A stretch of DNA of 14,671 nucleotides, from IMG/VR virus record IMGVR_UViG_2654588181_000003, one strand, 5' to 3'. The translations under genes and the position numbers were made by a program. This DNA is from a virus (taxonomy: Duplodnaviria; Heunggongvirae; Uroviricota; Caudoviricetes). The stretch's first letter is position 1, and every line of letters begins with the position of its first letter. The notes beneath the pieces are model-generated. The model had not been told where the DNA came from and ran no database searches. It saw only the letters and a list, made by a program, of their open reading frames with translations. Positions 1 through 8,265 of the stretch are shown here, piece by piece.

Positions 1-324
1 TGGCGGCGTAAGAGGCCCCGGAACGTTATCGTTCACACGGACCGTGGAGGCCAGTACTGTTCAGCAGATTATCAGGCGCAACTGAAGCGGCATAATCTGC
101 GTGGAAGTATGAGCGCAAAAGGTTGCTGCTACGATAATGCCTGCGTGGAAAGCTTCTTTCATTCGCTGAAAGTGGAATGTATCCATGGAGAACACTTTAT
201 CAGCCGGGAAATAATGCGGGCAACGGTGTTTAATTATATCGAATGTGATTACAATCGGTGGCGGCGGCACAGTTGGTGTGGCGGCCTCAGTCCGGAACAA
301 TTTGAAAACAAGAACCTCGCTTAG
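1..324 (+). CDS. insF: IS3-family DDE transposase OrfB (InsF-like), C-terminal ~107 codons, 5'-truncated by the window edge
   Basis: Frame 1 is open from base 1: [25 protein letters not shown]...[24 protein letters not shown]...[16 protein letters not shown]. The HTDRGGQY and DNAxxESFFxxLK motifs are the second D and the E region of the IS3-family DDE triad; the ENKNLA C-terminus matches IS3 InsF as I remember it. Confidence 0.85.
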
Positions 325-354
325 GCCTGTGTCCATATTACGTGGGTAGGATCA
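1..354 (+). mobile_element. IS3 insertion sequence, 3' portion only (element continues left of the window); right terminal inverted repeat ends near 354
   Basis: Reverse complement of 315-354 reads TGATCCTACCCACGTAATATGGACACAGGCCTAAGCGAGG, which I recognise as the IS3 terminal inverted repeat. It lies directly after the transposase stop codon. The other end is not in the window, so target-site duplication cannot be assessed. Confidence 0.8.
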
Positions 355-1775
355 TTCTTGCCATTGGCGTAACTTCGTGAATTAGGATGGTAGCCCTATT
401 TTGCCTTAAAGTTCCGCTTGTTACGAGCTTATACAGCGATTAATTATTATCTGATTTTAGTGTTTTCGTTCAGCTCAGCAAGTGCAATGACTCATGGGGT
501 AAGTGCTTTGTAACAGGGTTGTTGATGTCAGTCGTTGGCCCTCAATGGAGTCACGGTCATAGGCATAATTGCTGTATAGCTGTTAATGTTTGTCTGGGTG
601 AATTTCTACTATTCGGACTAACACCAAGTGAGTTCCATACTACATAACTGTGAGAATTTTCTGTACCCTTCACTCTATCCTCTTCTTGCATATTTACAGG
701 AAGATAAAGCAAAAGATACAAAACTTTGTAATCAAAAAACTGTCTTAATGTACTTACATCACGTTTAGTTATTAAATTTTTTGTCATGGTGAAAATTTTT
801 ACTTGGTCATTAAAATTCATCGGGTGTTAATATTCTAAACGAATAGGATGTCAAGCTAAAATGATGTGTCAAGTTGTTTGTAAAGTGAGAGGTTTATTTT
901 TGGAAGAAATGCTTAAGAGAAGTATATATGATATTTGCCTGAATATAATTATTGATATGCAAGGTTGGCAGAGGTTTTCTTTCTTTTCTAACCGAAGGGA
1001 AGAAAAGCAAGGGGAACTCGAAGAAGCAAGCGCAGCGGCTTCGCAGAGTTAGCCCTTGCTTCTCTTATAATTGGCATTATTCATTCAAGAACAATAGGAT
1101 CTTCGCTTGTACAAGCGAAGCTATAATAAAAACAATCAATTAATTATTTTTAAAGTATTAAACAAGAACCTATTGACATTCATAAAATACAAGTTATTTA
1201 TAATGTATGCCATAAATAAAAAGTTTTATGTCATATGTATCCTGCACTATGTGCAGTTAATGTACCACTTGTCCCATAGATGGGAATATTGGAAAGGTTA
1301 CTTTGTTTTGAAGTAGCCTTTCGTCCTTCAATATTAACGATTACTTATTGCTATTACCAAGTCCAGTCGAATCGAAGAACATCTTTTATCTGAAACGACT
1401 CCTAATACCCGGTTAAAGCCACAATATCTCTCGCATACGTAGACCAAAGAAAAATTATGATATTAAATATGTGATTTTTTTTAGTGTTAAGTTGAATAAT
1501 TAAATACTGGAGAGTTTTCTGTGCACTACCAATTGCTGGTTCATCTGTTCTGCCGCTGATGTTTCTGACGAATCTCCCGGTGACACAGAACTGTCCCTCT
1601 CTACCAGCCTTTATTCGACTCAATGTCCGGCTGCTGATACGCAGTTATCCCTTCGTATCAATGACTTACACTTAAACGTAATGCTTTGGTTGCTGGCGTA
1701 TCTGACAGCATCTTCGGCGTGAAGGTCGTTGTGTAAGTATACTTCTTGGTTTATTTAGGCTATATAAAACCATGA

Positions 1776-2672
1776 CTATGACTTGCTGTTTTCAGTAAGA
1801 GTCTTATCATCCAAAGAATTTATTCTAGAAATTCTTTTTAACTCATTAAGATAATCAACCTCGTTTTCTAAGAACCAATGAAGAACTTTAGAATTGCCAA
1901 GTAATTTATTAATATATGACTGGATTATAACGAATTTCAACATATCTGAACCATACTCGGTTTGAAGCTTTTTCGTTTCTTCCGAAGTTGTTGCCATTTC
2001 TTGTTCCAGACGAAGTATGGTTTTTTTTATGTCCTTTTTATAGGGAGTGTTTTTCCCTTTATTTACTATCATCGATGCCGGTGTTGCATCCAAGATGCTC
2101 ATTGCAAATTTTTTACTATAATTATCAAAATTAATCATTGTACCGACTGCTTCAATTTGGCGAATTGGCTTCATTTTCCTCAAAACGTCAAATGTAGCCT
2201 TAGGTATAGGTTTATCAGAAAGTTTCGCAATTACACTTGAATCTATGCCGTTCATCACATTCGCTTTATCTTTTATGGCATCAACAGATATGCCCAAAGC
2301 AGCACTAAGTTTTTCAATTGATACTTTTGCCAGAGACTTAATTATCATTCTATGTTCTTCAACTACATTTATATGATTCACTTGTTTGTTAGGAGTGAAA
2401 GCATCATCTATGCTCGAAAGTATACATGGAGCTTTTTCTATACCTAAGTCTTTTAAAGCCTCAACCCTTAAATGGCCATCAAGTATCTTAGTGACATCTT
2501 TATCTTTGTCATAGAATACTATTATTGGTTCAATAATACCTAAGCTTTCGATAGAGGTAACTATTTGATGATATTTATGGCTTCGCTTTACGTTTTCTAA
2601 TAATTCCTTAGATGGAATTAACTTATTAGTTTCCAGGTAAATAAAATTATCGCCAAAACGTATCTGAATCAT
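1776..2672 (-). CDS. ParB-like (ParB/sulfiredoxin-fold) domain protein, 298 aa, distal gene of the three-gene operon
   Basis: ORF-track protein contains GIIEPIIVFYDKDKDVTKILDGHLRVEAL (ParB N-terminal box-like segment) and a helix-turn-helix-like stretch VSIEKLSAALGISVDAI. Start ATG overlaps the upstream stop (ATGA at 2669-2672). Visibly AT-rich coding sequence. Confidence 0.65.
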   Translation of the reverse strand: MIQIRFGDNFIYLETNKLIPSKELLENVKRSHKYHQIVTSIESLGIIEPIIVFYDKDKDVTKILDGHLRVEALKDLGIEKAPCILSSIDDAFTPNKQVNHINVVEEHRMIIKSLAKVSIEKLSAALGISVDAIKDKANVMNGIDSSVIAKLSDKPIPKATFDVLRKMKPIRQIEAVGTMINFDNYSKKFAMSILDATPASMIVNKGKNTPYKKDIKKTILRLEQEMATTSEETKKLQTEYGSDMLKFVIIQSYINKLLGNSKVLHWFLENEVDYLNELKRISRINSLDDKTLTENSKS

Positions 2673-3565
2673 TTTAATACCTCTTTGTTTACTGGGGTTA
2701 ATATCTGAGATGGTAGTTCTGAAAGATTCTCTTGTTCAAGTATATGTTGAAAGCTTTTATTCATCATTATGATGTTAAAAATCTCATTTACTATTAGTAG
2801 GTTGGTTTTTATGAATTTTGAGTTGTTATAAACAGATTTATGTTCAGCGATACTATTTTCATAAAGCTCAATCAACTCCTCTGCAGTCATCCTTTTTGAT
2901 GGTTTGTGATAATAAAATCCGGCTGCTTTTGCACCTTTATTCCCAACTGTTCTTTGATTTAGAATGTGTTTTATCTTTATAATGTCCCGACTTTTTATTA
3001 ATTTTTTATCATATGCTTCGGTAAGAATATCTTGTGCTTCCTCAGTTTCACATCTTGCAAATTGCACTGCGAGATACAGAGGCAAATTACCCCGTTCGAC
3101 TGCTGAGAGAAGTTTATGCTCTCCCTTATCAAGTAGCATATTAATACTGCTCACCCAGTTCGATGAATATCCAGTAATCTCACTTATTTCGGAGTCTGAA
3201 AGTCCTCTGATTTTCATGTCTTTAATCACCTGTAATAACTCATTAGAACGTGGTCTTCTCCTTGCAATGTTTTCAACTAAACTCATAACGTAAGCATCTT
3301 CTTCTGATACATCTCTTATAATTGCTGGAATAATAGTTTCACCTAATGCAACGAGAGCCTCTATTCTCCCTTGACCACAAATTAAAGCATATTTGAAATC
3401 GCCTTCATCAATAGCTCTTACGCTTATAGGCTTGCTTAATCCTCTTTTTTTTATGCTTTCCTTTATTTCTTCATGCACTACCTTATTTCTTGTTCGTGGG
3501 TTAAGAAATTTTATTTTTGCAATCTCAATTTGAATTATTGGGAATTCATTTTTTTCAGGCAGCAT
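2669..3565 (-). CDS. ParB/Spo0J-like N-terminal domain protein with helix-turn-helix, 298 aa, middle gene of the operon
   Basis: Motifs in the translation: IAKIKFLNPRTR, GLSKPISVRAIDEGDFKYALICGQGRIEAL, LVENIARRRP (ParB arginine-patch-like), and GLSDSEISEITGYSSNWVS (helix-turn-helix). SD-like GAGGG lies 6 nt upstream of the ATG at 3565. The start overlaps the recombinase 3' end by 11 nt. Confidence 0.7.
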   Translation of the reverse strand: MLPEKNEFPIIQIEIAKIKFLNPRTRNKVVHEEIKESIKKRGLSKPISVRAIDEGDFKYALICGQGRIEALVALGETIIPAIIRDVSEEDAYVMSLVENIARRRPRSNELLQVIKDMKIRGLSDSEISEITGYSSNWVSSINMLLDKGEHKLLSAVERGNLPLYLAVQFARCETEEAQDILTEAYDKKLIKSRDIIKIKHILNQRTVGNKGAKAAGFYYHKPSKRMTAEELIELYENSIAEHKSVYNNSKFIKTNLLIVNEIFNIIMMNKSFQHILEQENLSELPSQILTPVNKEVLK

Positions 3566-5111
3566 ATAGTTCCCTCACTTTCATGCGAGTAATAATTTGT
3601 AGAAGTTTATCAAGATTATCAAATCTATAGAGATCTAATCGAATGTTGTTTGTTTCCGTCATGCACATTTTATTATATTCGTTTTCAATCTTTGGTATGA
3701 TATAAAAATCAAGAGGTGAAATATTTTGTGAATTCATTCGTATAACAATTGTTATGTCTGCTTTCTGTGAGTTATCAAACCGGACTTTCCATCTAAGTTT
3801 ACCTGATTTCATATGTATGCATTTAGTAACAAGGACGGAAATTAAAAACTCATCATTGATGTAAAGCATTGGGGCATATTTATACTCGTCTATATGACAG
3901 TTACTTTTTAAAATTTCACCCTTAAAATCCTCAATTATCTCTGAGTAAAATGATCTTAGTGCTTCATTTATTTTGAGATAGCTGTAATCATGTTCTGGCT
4001 TATAACCAATCAAAGTATATGCTCTTAAAAGACCACCAAATCGGGTTCTATAAACAGAAGATGAAGGGCCTGTATCATCTTCATCAATGATAAAGCCTGA
4101 TAGTTTTCCATTAGATTCTAATTTTTGTTTTAGTTTTTCTAATAGATCTTCATTAGTCAAATGAATGGATCGGAGCTGAATTATTTCTTGAGCTTTATTG
4201 TATTTTTTCTTTGAAATAATAGGTTTATATGCCTTGTCACATCTAACCCATTCATGTTTGGGGTTTTTTACAAGCCTACTTTTTAATTTAGATGAGGTTT
4301 TGTTATATATGTTGTTTCCAATATATTTTTCATTTGTCAAAATTTGATGTATTTTTGCACGAGTCCATAATGTTCCATTTTCTGCAGGTATGTTCTGTTC
4401 ATTTAATCTCTCAGCAATAATGAATTCTGGGACGTTATTATCTATAAAGAGATCATATATTCTATTTACAATTTTTATTTCATTTTTTGGTCCCGGAATT
4501 AATATTACCCTATCTGTTTGAATACTCTTTCTTTTGCGGAAACTCAATATTTCTTTAGCTATGCCATTTTCGTCTACTAAAAGACGTCTCAGCCCATAAC
4601 CAGCCATACCGCCTTGATGATAACCAAGCTTTATTAAATTTACTTGCCCTATAAATACCTTTTCAGATAGATTCCTGCTGTGATATGCAGCACTAGATCT
4701 TTTTATATTCAGTATAACAGAGGACTCTAAAGGGAAATCTTTAGTGGGTATAGGTTCGGAACAATATATAAGATCTACACCATTTCTCTCAAATAGAAAG
4801 GAATAATATGCCGCTTCATCACTATTTTGAAAACGACCAAAACGGCTCACATCATAAAATAATACAGCCTGTATATCTATTTTCTTTTGTTCTACATCGC
4901 TAAGTAACTGCTGCAAAGAATGCCTGCCTACGATACTGACTCCGCTCTTACCTGCATCATCGTAGGTATAAGCGATTTCCATATTGTTCTTTTCAGCATA
5001 ATCTTTGATATATTCGGACTGATTATGTAAAGAATATTGCTGATGGTCGGTAGACATCCTCAAGTACTGCGCGACCCTAACTCTATGATTTTTTTCATTT
5101 TCGCTAGCCAT
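3555..5111 (-). CDS. Large serine recombinase (resolvase/invertase catalytic domain plus recombinase domain), 518 aa
   Basis: N-terminus RVAQYLRMSTDHQ carries the catalytic-serine motif (YxRxSTxxQ). DDAGKSGVS, LQQLL and DVSRFGR match the serine-recombinase catalytic core. The roughly 370-aa extension is typical of large serine recombinases (phiC31 Int / TnpX / Ccr class). GAGG lies 8 nt upstream of the ATG. Confidence 0.8.
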   Translation of the reverse strand: MASENEKNHRVRVAQYLRMSTDHQQYSLHNQSEYIKDYAEKNNMEIAYTYDDAGKSGVSIVGRHSLQQLLSDVEQKKIDIQAVLFYDVSRFGRFQNSDEAAYYSFLFERNGVDLIYCSEPIPTKDFPLESSVILNIKRSSAAYHSRNLSEKVFIGQVNLIKLGYHQGGMAGYGLRRLLVDENGIAKEILSFRKRKSIQTDRVILIPGPKNEIKIVNRIYDLFIDNNVPEFIIAERLNEQNIPAENGTLWTRAKIHQILTNEKYIGNNIYNKTSSKLKSRLVKNPKHEWVRCDKAYKPIISKKKYNKAQEIIQLRSIHLTNEDLLEKLKQKLESNGKLSGFIIDEDDTGPSSSVYRTRFGGLLRAYTLIGYKPEHDYSYLKINEALRSFYSEIIEDFKGEILKSNCHIDEYKYAPMLYINDEFLISVLVTKCIHMKSGKLRWKVRFDNSQKADITIVIRMNSQNISPLDFYIIPKIENEYNKMCMTETNNIRLDLYRFDNLDKLLQIITRMKVRELYAA

Positions 5112-5393
5112 GCACGAAACCTCATGGATGATTCAATACAATGTAGTGGATAAAATTGATCAAATTTTAACCGAATTCAACTGTTTTATCATTGATTAGA
5201 GCGAATTTGGTAGATCTTCGAGGTGTATGATAATCGAGAAGAGATGTGAATTATTTAGCTGATATGACCGACAGCTTTCGTTATGTGGACTCAATGTCCC
5301 CATTTGTAAATGGCTATGCTTAGTCCACATAGGTTAATGGTGTGATTATTAATTCTTTAACTAAATCAAGATAGTTAATCCATCATGGGAGAG

Positions 5394-6623
5394 TTATGCG
5401 GCAATAACTTTGCATTTTTGAGACGAAACATAGTCACTCCACCATTGCATGAGAACCACCCGTTCAGTGAGATACTCTGCACGATTGTAGGCTGCAATTA
5501 TTTCATCTTTCTTCGAGTGGGCAAGGGCGGCTTCTAAGACATCAGTCCTAAACTTGCCAGACTCCTCAGCAGCCGTTCTAGCAATGGATCGCATACCGTG
5601 AGCTACAAGCTCACCTCCGAAACCCATACGGATTATGGCCGCATTAGCTGTTTGTTCATGCATGTGATTGAGTGGAGCTTTGATACTGGGGAACACCCAC
5701 TCTCTATGCCCGCTGATGACTTTCATTAAATCCAAAACTCGCAAAGCTTCTTTGCTCAGTGGAACTTTGTGAGGCTTCTTCATTTTCATAAACTCCGCCG
5801 GGATGTTCCACATGCCAGTTTCAATATCAATATCTGACCATCTTGTGCGAACAGCTTCACCTGGGCGAACCCATGTGAGAAGTTGCCACTCAATCAGTAG
5901 CCTTGTTTCCAAACGGATAGAAGCATTGTTTAGAGCAACCAAGAAGCGAGGGAGTTCGGAAGGGGGTAATGCTGGCATATTCTGTTTTTTTGGCTTGCTG
6001 AACCGTTGCCCCAGGTTGTCTGCCGGGTTGAATTCTATGAGTTCTTCTGTTGCTGCATAGCGGAAAATTTCATTCAGGCGGGATATGATGCGGCGAAGTG
6101 TTTCAAGGACACCTCGTTTTTCTATGGGTTCTAAATGCTGTTTAAGCATTTTAGGGCGAATCTCCTTAATTGGGGTATCACCCAATGTGGAAAAGATATT
6201 TCTCTCTAGGCTTCGCCAGATGTCGTTAGCATGATCTTGGGAGATGCCTGACGTTTTGACTTTCTCATCAAGCCACTTCTTGGCTACTGCTTGAAATGTA
6301 TGTTCCGTGGCATCTTTCAGTGCATTGGCTTTTTGGTTGTTATGAACTTGGGGGTCTATACCATTTGTAAGCAACGACAAGTATTCATCACGTAAAGCTC
6401 GTGCCTTCGCAAGTGTAAGGTGAGGATAGGTTCCTAAGCTCACCTTAGTTCGCTTTTTGGTCACAGGCACTGCATATCTGAAATACCAATTTTTCTTCCC
6501 TCCCTTCGCCAGGGGAGCGATTCGCAACAGCAAACCATCGCCGTCAAAAAGGTTAACCTCTTTTTCGGCAGGTTTGGTGCTTTTGATTTCAGTGTCAGTG
6601 AGCTTCTTAGCGATTTTGGCCAT
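5394..6623 (-). CDS. P4-type tyrosine integrase (CP4-57 IntA-like), about 409 aa from the internal Met
   Basis: MAKIAKKLTDTEIKSTKPAEKEVNLFDGDGLLLRIAP...KNWYFRY is the characteristic P4-family integrase N-terminus. I take the start at 6623 (MAKIAKK, preceded by GAGGG 7 nt upstream) rather than the ORF-track start at 6704. It lies about 165 nt downstream of an ssrA 3'-end copy on the same strand. Confidence 0.85.
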   Translation of the reverse strand: MAKIAKKLTDTEIKSTKPAEKEVNLFDGDGLLLRIAPLAKGGKKNWYFRYAVPVTKKRTKVSLGTYPHLTLAKARALRDEYLSLLTNGIDPQVHNNQKANALKDATEHTFQAVAKKWLDEKVKTSGISQDHANDIWRSLERNIFSTLGDTPIKEIRPKMLKQHLEPIEKRGVLETLRRIISRLNEIFRYAATEELIEFNPADNLGQRFSKPKKQNMPALPPSELPRFLVALNNASIRLETRLLIEWQLLTWVRPGEAVRTRWSDIDIETGMWNIPAEFMKMKKPHKVPLSKEALRVLDLMKVISGHREWVFPSIKAPLNHMHEQTANAAIIRMGFGGELVAHGMRSIARTAAEESGKFRTDVLEAALAHSKKDEIIAAYNRAEYLTERVVLMQWWSDYVSSQKCKVIAA

Positions 6624-6721
6624 GTTTGGGACCCTCGATTTTAGGACCCATCTTCGTGGGTCCCATTCAGGGTGCCATAACTCGTAGTTCTCAGCAATTC
6701 TCACTAGACTACAATAGACGT

Positions 6722-6755
6722 AAAAAAGCCCGCAGAGCTTGTGCTGTGCGGGCTT
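6722..6755 (-). terminator. Rho-independent terminator on the minus strand, between the ssrA-end repeat and the integrase
   Basis: Minus-strand reading AAGCCCGCACAGCACAAGCTCTGCGGGCTTTTTT: a 7-bp GC-rich stem (GCCCGCA/TGCGGGC), a short loop and a U tract. Confidence 0.5.
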
Positions 6756-6789
6756 AGTAGACTTTACTGAACTTCAGTACATCAATATT

Positions 6790-6824
6790 TGGTGGAGCTG
6801 GCGGGAGTTGAACCCGTGTCCGAA
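6790..6824 (-). other. 35-nt copy of the tmRNA (ssrA) 3' end; att-site direct repeat, not a complete gene
   Basis: Minus strand reads TTCGGACACGGGTTCAACTCCCGCCAGCTCCACCA, matching the E. coli ssrA 3' terminus as I recall it with one mismatch. Similarity to ssrA stops immediately 5' of this segment (plus coordinates above 6824). Confidence 0.75.
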
Positions 6825-6899
6825 TATTTGCAATGCGTTGATTTATAACGAATAAAATTTAAAGTTGGTTCTTACGGCTCTTTTGCGGATATTTTACTA

Positions 6900-7718
6900 T
6901 CAATTCGTAGTCCTGCCATATTTACGTTTTTTCTTGCGGTTTGTTTCTGGTTTCTTCTCTCGGTTATTGTCTACTTTTTCATGTATATCCATATTGAACC
7001 AAGAAGCATGCGAAACCTCACTTAATGGAAATATGATACTGGTATCAACTCCATCAAGATCGTTGTAATCATTTGAAAACAGGACCCTTAGTGTGTCCTT
7101 GTCCCTGTAACCAGATATGATTGGGCTAATAGAAATTTCAAGGTTAGGGCCTTGTTTTTCGTTTGGCTCACTAATCATGTTAACTGTTCCGACATATACT
7201 TTGCGGCATTTCAGGCTTATCAGTACCGGTCTGTTTGTAGTCGCTGAATCAAAGAATAGCTGACCAAGTGAGCCATCAGACAACAGTTTTTCCAACTCAT
7301 TAAGCCTGATTAGTTGCTTTGCGAAATTGATAGAAATTGCATTATTGGATGCAGAACTAATAGTTTTTGCTGCCACAAACATACGAAATTTGCATATCTG
7401 CAACCAAATAAAAGCAACTCCACAAGTCGCCACTGATAGCAGGATGAGCCATGATGTTATCCTGTTTTCTTTAGGGTCTGCACTACCATCAATAAGATGT
7501 GATACCCATGTGACCAGTGTAAGGCTTGGTATAAAGTACTTGGTTGCATACGCCAGCACGACTGCAACAATGAACGAGTACACACCGTACGTGGCCACCT
7601 TCATATAGAGAAGCTGGCCGTCGTAACGGTGGAGTCGATAGAATAATTTGATGTTATGGGGCGATGTAACCAGTAAGGATCCACTTACTAAAAGTGGAAT
7701 GATCAGCAATGCAAACAT
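6900..7718 (-). CDS. Hypothetical integral membrane protein, 272 aa; three predicted N-terminal transmembrane helices, soluble C-terminal domain with a lysine/arginine-rich tail
   Basis: Hydrophobic segments FALLIIPLLVSGSLLV, YGVYSFIVAVVLAYATKYFI and ITSWLILLSVATCGVAFIWLQI; C-terminus NNREKKPETNRKKKRKYGRTTN. The ATG at 7718 is 3 nt after the upstream gene's stop codon (7722-7724). No recognisable family. Confidence 0.55.
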   Translation of the reverse strand: MFALLIIPLLVSGSLLVTSPHNIKLFYRLHRYDGQLLYMKVATYGVYSFIVAVVLAYATKYFIPSLTLVTWVSHLIDGSADPKENRITSWLILLSVATCGVAFIWLQICKFRMFVAAKTISSASNNAISINFAKQLIRLNELEKLLSDGSLGQLFFDSATTNRPVLISLKCRKVYVGTVNMISEPNEKQGPNLEISISPIISGYRDKDTLRVLFSNDYNDLDGVDTSIIFPLSEVSHASWFNMDIHEKVDNNREKKPETNRKKKRKYGRTTN

Positions 7719-7721
7719 TTG

Positions 7722-7970
7722 TTAGTCGTCATTGTCCATTGAGTTAGCTTTAGCGGCTGCAACAGCTTTTGCATCCTGCTCGACGAATTTTCTAGCTGCT
7801 TTCCTAAGCTGAGTGATTTTTTCTGGGTCAGTAGATGGGTCTACAATAACTGCACCACGCCCTACGACCTTGATGTTTTTAACACCAGATTTGTTCAAAC
7901 GATCGGCCATGGCTTGTCCGCCTTTGACCAAATCATTCAGCCCAAACATCTTCATGACTAGTTCTGACAT
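7722..7970 (-). CDS. Hypothetical small soluble protein, 82 aa, first gene of the two-gene operon
   Basis: A near-consensus SD (AGGAGG) lies 5 nt upstream of the ATG at 7970. The protein is hydrophilic and alanine/lysine-rich with an acidic C-terminus (SMDNDD). No recognisable motif. Confidence 0.55.
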   Translation of the reverse strand: MSELVMKMFGLNDLVKGGQAMADRLNKSGVKNIKVVGRGAVIVDPSTDPEKITQLRKAARKFVEQDAKAVAAAKANSMDNDD

Positions 7971-8265
7971 AAAGACCTCCTTTCAGTCCCCCCAATGTAT
8001 CCTTTTGAGGCATTTATTGCTCCCCGCAGAACGGGGCGCGGGATTTTACCATAATCTACGTACTGGCTCCAAGATTTCCCGCGTGTTCCTAGTACTAGGA
8101 CAGCTGCCTGAGTACCAAGTTCACCTATAACATATATACTTGGTTCGAATTTTTGCAAGGTAAAAAGTGCCTTATGTTTAAGTATGTATGATGTGGATAT
8201 GACGAACATAACCACATCACAAATAACTTTTTATCAGGTTTCAGTGGCTATTTGTTCGGGCAGCA

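Noticed and set aside
61-336. 91-aa minus-strand ORF
   Set aside because: It lies antisense to the clearly recognisable IS3 transposase frame and has no independent support.
1173-1204. Promoter-like TTGACA ... TATAAT pair on the plus strand
   Set aside because: The spacing is 20 bp, not 16-18, and there is no credible downstream gene; AT-rich DNA produces such matches by chance.
557-1623. Five short ORFs (63-87 aa) in the AT-rich spacer
   Set aside because: Low-complexity, AT-driven translations with no RBS or recognisable motif; the region is treated as non-coding or decayed.
1962-3293. Plus-strand ORFs of 92 and 109 aa
   Set aside because: They are antisense to the two ParB-like genes and translate to cysteine- and phenylalanine-rich junk.
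5803-6687. Plus-strand ORFs of 85 and 76 aa
   Set aside because: They are antisense to the well-supported P4-type integrase.
6624-6704. The 27-codon N-terminal extension of the integrase in the ORF track
   Set aside because: The P4-family N-terminus (MAKIAKKLTDTEIK) begins at the internal Met, which has a good SD; the extension has neither.
6865-7068. 67-aa plus-strand ORF
   Set aside because: Antisense to the membrane-protein gene.
6790-7150. Possibility of a complete tmRNA gene
   Set aside because: Only the terminal 35 nt resemble ssrA; the sequence 5' of it shows no tmRNA similarity and is occupied by a protein-coding gene.
7327-7608. 93-aa plus-strand ORF
   Set aside because: Antisense to the membrane-protein gene.
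7813-8215. 105-aa plus-strand and 85-aa minus-strand ORFs
   Set aside because: The first is antisense to the small-protein gene; the second spans the intergenic palindrome, overlaps the small-protein start and has no RBS.
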